57,120 bases of DNA from Octopus bimaculoides (taxonomy: Eukaryota): contig NC_068981.1 in NCBI RefSeq assembly GCF_001194135.2, positions 19,401,568-19,458,687 on the forward strand. Direction: 5' to 3'. Below, piece by piece: positions 48,427 through 57,120 of the stretch. Made by a program: the position numbers and the translations under genes. Every line of letters starts with the position of its first letter. Positions within the stretch are counted from its first letter, which is position 1. The notes under the pieces are model-generated. The model was not told the origin of the DNA and searched no databases. It worked only from the letters and a program-made list of their open reading frames with translations.

Positions 48427-49164
48427 CATTAAAATTGTTGTTCTTTTTAATTCAGGAAAATTATTGTATTAGCGGATGAGTATTCTAAAGACATGCATAT
48501 TGCTCATGCTATCCTCAAACATAATCAACGTGACCACGTAAGTGATTAGGCCAGACCTTTGAACTATGGGTACAATCTATCCCATGGACTTGTACATATC
48601 TTCTGTCTACCCATTTTTACATAAAAGGATTGGGTGAATAGACAACTAGAGTAAAAGTTATTTACTTGCGACACAGATTCCACACAGGAGAATCGAACCT
48701 AGGGCTTTGTGATTGCGAAGTCTGAACTATTCGTGTATCTTGTGTGTATGTGTATGTGTGTGTGTGTTCACATTAAGTTTCAACGAAATTCCACATTGTG
48801 AGATATGGTGTGACCTGAGGCTATGGACTTACAGTAGAAAACAATTACCTCTTGCGCTATGCAGTAGGAACAAACCTGAAGTCATATGATTGCAATCCCT
48901 GTAGCTATCTATTTTTAATATGTGTGTGTGTGTGTGTGTATTCATGTATGTGCATGTACACACACGCATGCACGCACTCACACACACACATAACGCATAT
49001 ATACATATATATACACGCGCGTATATAAGGGGCAGACATCGATGTATAGTTAAGAAGTTCGCTTTGCAGCCTTGCCATTTGAGGTCCATTTCCACTACGA
49101 TGCACCTTGTGCAAGCGTCTCCTACTAATAGACCCAGGTGAACTAATGCCTCGTGAATTAATTG

Positions 49165-49705
49165 CTTCAGTAATTTGACTGCGGCCATGCTGGAGCACGG
49201 CCTTGAAGGGTTTTAGTCGAACAAATCGACTCCTAAACTTTTTTTTTACCCAATGCTTATTCTGTCTGGCACCTTTGCAGAAAAACTAAAGGTATAATAT
49301 AAGCACACCAACACCCGTTTCAAGCCGGTGGGGTGGGACAAACACAGACACAAACACACACATATATGTATATATATATAAAATTAATGCAGACAGCAGT
49401 TTGCAATGTTTCACCAAAATGGAAAACAATAATCGTCGCCTACATTGCAAGAAATACGAGCTCTTATTTCTAGCAATATAAATGTTTCTAAAACCCTGGT
49501 CAGATTTAGTGACGATTACATATGTGTGAGTGTGTAGATATATGTAAGACGGACTTCTCTCTTTTTCTGTCTACCAAATCCATTCACAAAGCTTTGGTCG
49601 GCTATAGTAGAAAACACATGTACAAGTTGCCACGCAGTGATATTGAACCCGGAACCATGTGATTGGGAAGCAAGCTTCTTACCACACAGCCACGCCTACG
49701 CCGTA
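49165..49705 (-). mobile_element. SINE family B pieces (3' half 49165-49350, head 49547-49705)
   Basis: Reverse-complement matches to family B. Confidence 0.75.
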
Positions 49706-49899
49706 TGTATTTATATACATTCATAGGCGTACACACACACACACACACACACAGAAACTCACACACAAACGCACACACACACACACACATTTCCCGGTAA
49801 TTTTCTTTTTTCCCCCTCCAAAACGCAAAAATAATTTCTTCGTTTGAATATTATTTGTTTCTTTCTCTACTTTTTTTTCTCCTTTCATCTCTCACTTCC

Positions 49900-50340
49900 C
49901 TACCAACACCATCTCACACCCATACCTTTCCCCACACCCTCCACATTCCTCTTAATTTTTCTTTCGTCTCAGAATCGCGTCCGCTGCACCTCCTCACCTC
50001 AACTGTTTCTTCACACACAATACCATTACACCTACACACGCCAACCATTATTCCACATCACTACACTACAACACTTGCGCACCACCTCTACAAACATGCA
50101 CGCACCTCCGCGATGCCAATTTCAATACACCAATAGACAGCTACTCGCACCAACCACACCCTCTTCCTTTCCTAACTCCCCCAATGAACCACATTCCCAT
50201 TTGGCCCGTTACCCACATTTTTTTCTTTCCTTCAACCACTTTTTTCTATTTACTCTTCTGCATTTTTCCTCTCTGCCGGTTTTCTGATGAAGGACTAGTG
50301 CCGGAAACGTCGTAACTCTTTCCCTTCTTTTTAAATGTCA
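49900..50340 (+). mobile_element. Penelope-like GIY-YIG 3' relic with hammerhead-like remnant
   Basis: VSESRPLHL..PISIHQ..TTFPFG, then CTGATGA agg..cc g GAAA cgtcg TA at 50284-50314. Confidence 0.5.
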
Positions 50341-51369
50341 AATTAATTACATTTGTTAAAATGTGACCCTTCTGTGTTATCTTCTTTTTGTGTTTGTTTT
50401 CTTGATTATATACATATATGAATGTGTGTGTGTGTGTGTGTGTGTGTGTGGAGAGAGAGAGAGAGAGAATACACGTCCATATATATATATATGTGTGTCT
50501 GTATGTGTGTGTGTCTGTGTATGTAGACGCACACATGTATACATATGTGGGGGAGTGGGTGTGGGGGGTTGGAGTGTGTTTTACACCTCAGGTTGAACTA
50601 TTCACAGTAGAGGGTCTGTAGACCCCTATTTTTTGCAGACCATTATTTAAATATTTAATTACATAACTAATTGTGTCAATTATTATGGATACAAAAGTAG
50701 ATTTATAACTTGGGAAGAGAAGCCACACATTTCGAAGCAGTTAACCATAATTGTTCTCTTTCTCAGTAATTTTCAATGAAATATTCACGTCCGCTGGGCA
50801 GGTAACCTTCATAACACTAAACAATTATTGTTTTCTGTTCCCAATAACTAAGTCAAGTCTGTTGTGATTGTATTTGGTAAAAGTATTGATTCCACTTATA
50901 TTCCTTGTTTTAGAATATATGAATATATCAATGTACTCGACATTAGAAATATTTCCTATATTTATCCCAGGGCAATATTTTTTTGTACAGATAGTATTGT
51001 GTATTGTTTTAGCGACAATGCCGTGTTGCATAAGAATATATGTCACTTGTACGTATAAATGTATTGGTGTATGTGTGTGTATATATTTCTGCTTCTGTTA
51101 CCGTCGTTGTATTTGTTGTCTAGCCCCAAGCCAAGACTGATCAAGCAGACACAGGATCAAAGTCATTCCAACTGTCAATATTTCGTTTTAGGGGAGGCTG
51201 AGGTGGGGAGGATACTGACGAAGTATATCTAGGAGCATATTATCCAAAGTGGCCTTGTTTTTTTTGTTTGTTTGTTTTAGATGGTAAGATATGATGCAAT
51301 AAAGGTTTGACAACTATTTCTTGAAGGACAAGCAACGAAGTAGTAGACTCGTGTATGAATGTAAGTATT

Positions 51370-51531
51370 GTAGGAGTGGCTGTGTGGTAAGTAGCTTCCT
51401 TACGAACCACATGGTTACGGCTTCAGTCCCACTGCGTGGCACCTTGGGCAAATGTCTTCTACTATAGCCTCGGGCCGACCAAAGCCTTGTGAGTGGATTT
51501 GGTAGACGGAAACTGAAAGAAGCCCGTCGTA

Positions 51532-51568
<37 letters not shown>
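51370..51568 (+). mobile_element. SINE family B head running into (TA)n and a gap
   Basis: Near-consensus head. Confidence 0.9.
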
Positions 51569-52470
51569 NNNNNNNNNNNNNNNNNNNNNNNNNNNNNNNN
51601 NNNNNNNNNNNNNNNNNNNNNNNNNNNNNNNNNNNNNNNNNNNNNNNNNNNNNNNNNNNNNNNNNNNNNNNNNNNNNNNNNNNNNNNNNNNNNNNNNNNN
51701 NNNNNNNNNNNNNNNNNNNNNNNNNNNNNNNNNNNNNNNNNNNNNNNNNNNNNNNNNNNNNNNNNNNNNNNNNNNNNNNNNNNNNNNNNNNNNNNNNNNN
51801 NNNNNNNNNNNNNNNNNNNNNNNNNNNNNNNNNNNNNNNNNNNNNNNNNNNNNNNNNNNNNNNNNNNNNNNNNNNNNNNNNNNNNNNNNNNNNNNNNNNN
51901 NNNNNNNNNNNNNNNNNNNNNNNNNNNNNNNNNNNNNNNNNNNNNNNNNNNNNNNNNNNNNNNNNNNNNNNNNNNNNNNNNNNNNNNNNNNNNNNNNNNN
52001 NNNNNNNNNNNNNNNNNNNNNNNNNNNNNNNNNNNNNNNNNNNNNNNNNNNNNNNNNNNNNNNNNNNNNNNNNNNNNNNNNNNNNNNNNNNNNNNNNNNN
52101 NNNNNNNNNNNNNNNNNNNNNNNNNNNNNNNNNNNNNNNNNNNNNNNNNNNNNNNNNNNNNNNNNNNNNNNNNNNNNNNNNNNNNNNNNNNNNNNNNNNN
52201 NNNNNNNNNNNNNNNNNNNNNNNNNNNNNNNNNNNNNNNNNNNNNNNNNNNNNNNNNNNNNNNNNNNNNNNNNNNNNNNNNNNNNNNNNNNNNNNNNNNN
52301 NNNNNNNNNNNNNNNNNNNNNNNNNNNNNNNNNNNNNNNNNNNNNNNNNNNNNNNNNNNNNNNNNNNNNNNNNNNNNNNNNNNNNNNNNNNNNNNNNNNN
52401 NNNNNNNNNNNNNNNNNNNNNNNNNNNNNNNNNNNNNNNNNNNNNNNNNNNNNNNNNNNNNNNNNNNNNN

Positions 52471-52936
52471 ACATAAACAGACTAGTACCAGTTGTCAAGC
52501 GGTGGGAGGGTGACAAACATAAACACAAATACACACGCACACATGCAACAGGCTTCTTTCAATTTCCATCTACCAAATTCACTCACAAGGCTTTGGTCGG
52601 CCCAAAGCTATAGCAGAAGACATTTGCCCAAGGTGCCACACAATAGGAATTAATCTGGAACCATATAGTTGGACAGCAAACTTACGACACATCTACTCCT
52701 GCGCCTATACTCTTTACCCTCTCTTTTACTCTTTTACTTGTTTCAGTCATTTGACTGTGGCCATGCTGGAGCACCGCCTTTTAGTCGAGCAAATCGACCC
52801 CAGCGCTTATTCTTTATAAGCCTAGTGCTTATTCTATCGGTCTCTTTTGCCGAACCACTAAATTACGGGGACCTGAACACACCAGCATAGGCTGTCAAGC
52901 AATGCTGGGAGGACAAACACAGACACACAAACATAT

Positions 52937-52980
<44 letters not shown>

Positions 52981-53164
52981 NNNNNNNNNNNNNNNNNNNN
53001 NNNNNNNNNNNNNNNNNNNNNNNNNNNNNNNNNNNNNNNNNNNNNNNNNNNNNNNNNNNNNNNNNNNNNNNNNNNNNNNNNNNNNNNNNNNNNNNNNNNN
53101 NNNNNNNNNNNNNNNNNNNNNNNNNNNNNNNNNNNNNNNNNNNNNNNNNNNNNNNNNNNNNNNN

Positions 53165-53200
<36 letters not shown>

Positions 53201-53364
53201 GACGGGCTTCTTTCAGTTTCCGTCTACTAAATCCACTCACAAGGCTTTGGTCGGCCCGAGGCTACAGTAAAAGACACTTGCCCAAGGTGCCACGCAGTGG
53301 GACTGATCCTGAGACCATGTGATTCGTAAGCAAGCTACTTGGCACACAGCCACTCCTACGCCTA
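52471..53364 (-). mobile_element. Two tandem SINE family B copies (52471-52707, 52709-53364)
   Basis: Reverse-complement heads and tails; the second copy has a gap in its internal microsatellite. Confidence 0.9.
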
Positions 53365-54356
53365 TATTGAACTTCCACGCATACATTTTAATATTTTGAA
53401 TTATTTTACACAGTTTAACCATTCTATTTATTCCTCGTACTTGTAGTTTACAAATCAGTTGTGTCTTTAGATTTCGTAAAGTATATCTTTTAAATAACGG
53501 TAGAGATAGTCTTGCATATATTCGCACACTACAGACATCTTGTGATCTGTGATGACTTCTAATTCACTCACCTTTCTCTTGCTTTAACCAACTCACATAA
53601 CCTCGTTTTACGACTCACAGGATCATTTCTCTTGGATTTTGCGTTTGTTTTATTTTGTTGTTTAATTTTTTGCTTTATTTTGCTTTTTATTTCTTACCAA
53701 TTCCAACCTATCATTCAGCAAAACTAAACATTACAAAAGTTTAGCTGATATTGCTTTAACTCTTAATTGGTGTTGCTATATTGGTCCTATGTGATTTTTA
53801 CTAGAATAATATCCAAATTGATTGCCTAGAAAAATGTCTTCGAGAAAGAAAGAAATATAAAAAGTGAAAGGATACAAGAGGAGAAAAAAATGCAAATTGT
53901 TGATAAGTGTGGACACAGGTGATAAAGGAGAAAACTGAATTACACCTGATATAGTTTGATATTGTTCAGATATTGAATAAATCAATCAGTGATCATGTTT
54001 ATATTCTGCAGGCCAGATAAGAAATCTTACTCTTCTCATGCAGACATAGATTTGACAAAACTTTTAAAGAAATAACTCTACTATTGTGTATTATATTGGA
54101 TAGTTATTGATTGCCTTTAAGTAAAGTTATTCGAGAGGTGGAGTAAGCTTTCTGCTGCTATATTCAGACGCTGAACATGGGAAATTATTCTATTTCGATG
54201 GAGGAAGTTTGATAAGATATTATATAACATTATATTAGATAGTTTATTAGATGGTTTGCTATATATTAACGTCCACTGTCTACTATAAAGACAGACCACA
54301 ATGTCTGGAGTTCAAAGACTTTGATCATGAGTTCAAATCCTGCTTGAGTAATAGTA

Positions 54357-55489
54357 TGAGACGTTGTCTCGAAAATAGTTGGCATAATGTTCTTTTTTAT
54401 TAACGGGCAGAGGTCATTCAAATTACGCACGTTGGGTGAGTATCTCTTCCTCTAGAATAACTCATCCTCTTTTTTTGTTACAGGCAAATAGTTGGCTCCT
54501 AGAAGAAGCAGCATGTCGTCATTAAATTCTTGGCGTAGGAGAGGACAGGCCATCCTCCGTCCACAGAAGTATGTGGATTATTCACAGAGATGGCGCCACT
54601 GACATGAGCAACGTACACAAATGGATTCAGAAACTTAAAAAGGAAACCAGCATCGAAGACAAACCATGCAGTAGGAGACCATCAAATGGTGACCACTAGC
54701 ATGAATTGCCAACAACTGGACAGATTGATTAACTCAGATAGATGCGTCACAATCCGTGAGCTTGCTACACAACTAGACGGCAGTCACAACGCATTACAGA
54801 AGATGGTGGAGTGACTTTGAGTATTATAAAGTGTGTATGCTAATTAGGTACCTCGGCACCTAATTTGAAGGAAAGAAAGATTGATGTCTACTCTGTTGGA
54901 GATATTTGAAACTGATGAAGACATGATGTCAGAGAATGAAATGTGGGCACATCTTTATGATCTGGAAACGAAAGATCAGTGTAAAGAATGGCCTCACACC
55001 TCTTCCCCAAAGTCTAAAAGCTTCAAAACTCAGCGATCAGCAAAGAAAATATATTGAGATACTCAAACACCCATTAAGAGGAAGAGAAAAAAATAAGAAT
55101 CTGAAAACTATCCATATTCACTATAACAATGTGCAACCACACACATACTTAGTACCTAATCAGATAATTAGTAGATCGGGCTGGTCAGTGGACCTTCTTC
55201 CACATTACAATCTAAATCTGGCACCTTCTAACTTCTATCTGCTTAGTCCAATGAAAGGACAGTCTTTGGGGAGAACAATTTGACGACAGTTGAAGCGAAA
55301 GTGGCAGTGAAGAATCTGGTAAAAGAGACCACACCAAAATTTTTTCAAAGAGGATTCAGCAGTTGAATTTAAGGATGGTGCAAATGCATCTCTTGTGATG
55401 GACAGTATGTTAAGCAGTATCTTTGAATAGAGAAAGAGTTCGAATCTCCTATGTTATCCTCATTCACATTACTTTTGAGACAAACCCTG
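54357..55489 (+). pseudogene. mariner (irritans/Hsmar2-like) relic with both ends
   Basis: IEDKPCSRRP, VTIRELA, VPRHL, ENEMWAHLYDLETK and LAPSNFYL; right TIR ttcacattacttttgagacaaaccctg|TA, degenerate left TIR. Confidence 0.8.
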
Positions 55490-56033
55490 TATTTTGCATC
55501 CGGGAATGTTTATATAGTTCTGCTTGCTTCAGTTTTTAGAAGACTTAGTGATATCTACACAAAGATTATCCATCTATAAAAACAACTGAGATGAAAAAAC
55601 AAAAAATATATATATAAAAACAAAAGTGTCACAGTGTAGTGTGGATCAAAATCAATACAGTAAGTAGTAAGGAAAACAAAGAAGAATTGATAGATTTCAT
55701 ATGTGAAGTTTCAAAATAGTTTGGTCATCATGAGAGTTTTAGTAAGGCTCTAAAGTTGAGGCTAACTGCCATAAGATTTGAAGCAAAAACTTCTGAGTGT
55801 CAAATCATTAATTCTATGAAGCTATATCAATTTTTAAACCTACTTTGCCTAACAGAGAAGTGACTGTTTCATTAAGGGAGATGACATTGGGAAGTATAAT
55901 CAGTAACGAGTGTGGTCTGAATTTATTGTAAATGTTTTAAGGAACTGTCGTTATTTTTAACAATGAATTTGTAACTCCATAATAGATATACTTCGTATTG
56001 ATGTCTCTTGCGTTTATTGATTTTATATACACA

Positions 56034-56505
56034 TATGGCGGTGCCCCAGCATGGCCACAGTTCATGACCTGAAACTAGATTAAAAAATGAAAATATGTGT
56101 GTGTCGTGTGGTAAGAAGCTTGCATTTCAACTACATGGTCCAAGGTTCAGTTCCACTACGAAAACCTTGGGCAAGTGTCTTCTACAATATCCTCTGACCG
56201 ACCAAAGCCTTGTGAGTGGATATTGTAGGCGGAAACTGAAAGAAGCCGGTCGTGTGTGCGTGTGTGTGTGTGTGTGTCGTTGTGCCAGTGTTTTCTCCCA
56301 CCACCGATTGACAACCGGTGCTGGTGTGTTTATGTCGCTGTAACCTCGCGGTTCGACAAAAGAGACTGATAGAATAAGTACCAGACTTTAACAGAATAAG
56401 TACTGGGTTCGATATATTCAACTAAAAATTCTTCAAGGCGGTGCCCCAGTATGGCCACAGTGTAATGACTGAAACAAGCAAAAGATAAAAGCTAAAGGAT
56501 AGCAA
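56034..56505 (+). mobile_element. SINE family B tail followed by a full copy
   Basis: Tail 56034-56077, head from ~56096, internal (TG)n, tail. Confidence 0.85.
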
Positions 56506-56979
56506 AGAAATAAGAATGAGAGTTCAAAGCATCACGGAACGAGTTTCCACAGCGTAGTCATTTATTTAGCGATTTGTAATTTTATATGACGTTACATAAT
56601 TTTACGTTATTGCACAGCGCAACCATTTCATCAGGCAACAGCGAACTTTTTATCGGCAACATCAAGTTGAACTATGAAGAAAGATACATTTGCAGATAAA
56701 TATACATCTGAAGCCATAGTTTGGTAAGAACAAAGAGAACAAAGCTTCTAAAATGCCTGAAGAGATTCAAAGGGTTTCATGGCAGAAGGCATACAGGTAT
56801 GTTAGTATTCTACAAACCGCCTACCACGTTTTTATTTTTCCATCCAAGAGATATTTTTATACATTATTATTATTTTATAAATTTCTCTACTTCGAATGCC
56901 ACCATTGAAAATGATTTCAGTATCATCATCATCATCATCATCATCGTCAACATTTAGCGTTCATACAGACAGATGGATA

Positions 56980-57120
56980 GGTAGGCAGGCAGACAGACAG
57001 GCAGACATGTAGGCAGACGAACAGGCAGACGGACAGGCAGACTGACAGGCAGACGGACAGGCAGACGGACAGGCAGACGGACAGGCAGACGGACAGGCAG
57101 ACGGACAGGCAGACGGACAG
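56980..57120. repeat. 12-bp minisatellite (caggcagacgga)n
   Basis: Directly visible; runs off the window end. Confidence 0.95.

Noticed and set aside
5797-53270. Many long ORFs in the track (HT/YI/CV/X runs)
   Set aside because: They are translations of dinucleotide microsatellites and N gaps.
721-56790. Other CTGANGA hits (721, 4507, 54914, 56757)
   Set aside because: They lie in transposase coding sequence or lack stem II plus GAAA.

Overview
Eukaryotic, AT-rich, microsatellite-saturated genomic DNA with many N gaps. The SINE sequences and repeat landscape match what I recall of an Octopus (coleoid cephalopod) assembly; this is inference, not a database result. Most of the window is a graveyard of mobile elements. 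These include at least four tRNA-headed SINE families, Tc1, maT and mariner relics, and an intron-containing hAT-like transposase pseudogene. There are also R4/Dong, RTE and CR1-group LINE fragments, Penelope-like relics and MITEs. Most ORFs in the supplied track are microsatellite or gap artefacts. A few splice-bounded open exons (38346-38598, 40551-40678, possibly 36754-36780 and 41550-41653) suggest an unidentified plus-strand host gene. The most notable unexplained signal is a set of minimal type I hammerhead ribozyme motifs with palindromic stem III. One has an intact core in a Penelope 3' region (4004-4050). A diverged tandem pair (44447-44494, 44761-44808) shows stem II covariation and sits in a ~190-210 nt retrozyme-like repeat. 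Also notable are a hAT-type MITE turning into a ~170 bp tandem repeat and a SINE family that carries an internal microsatellite.
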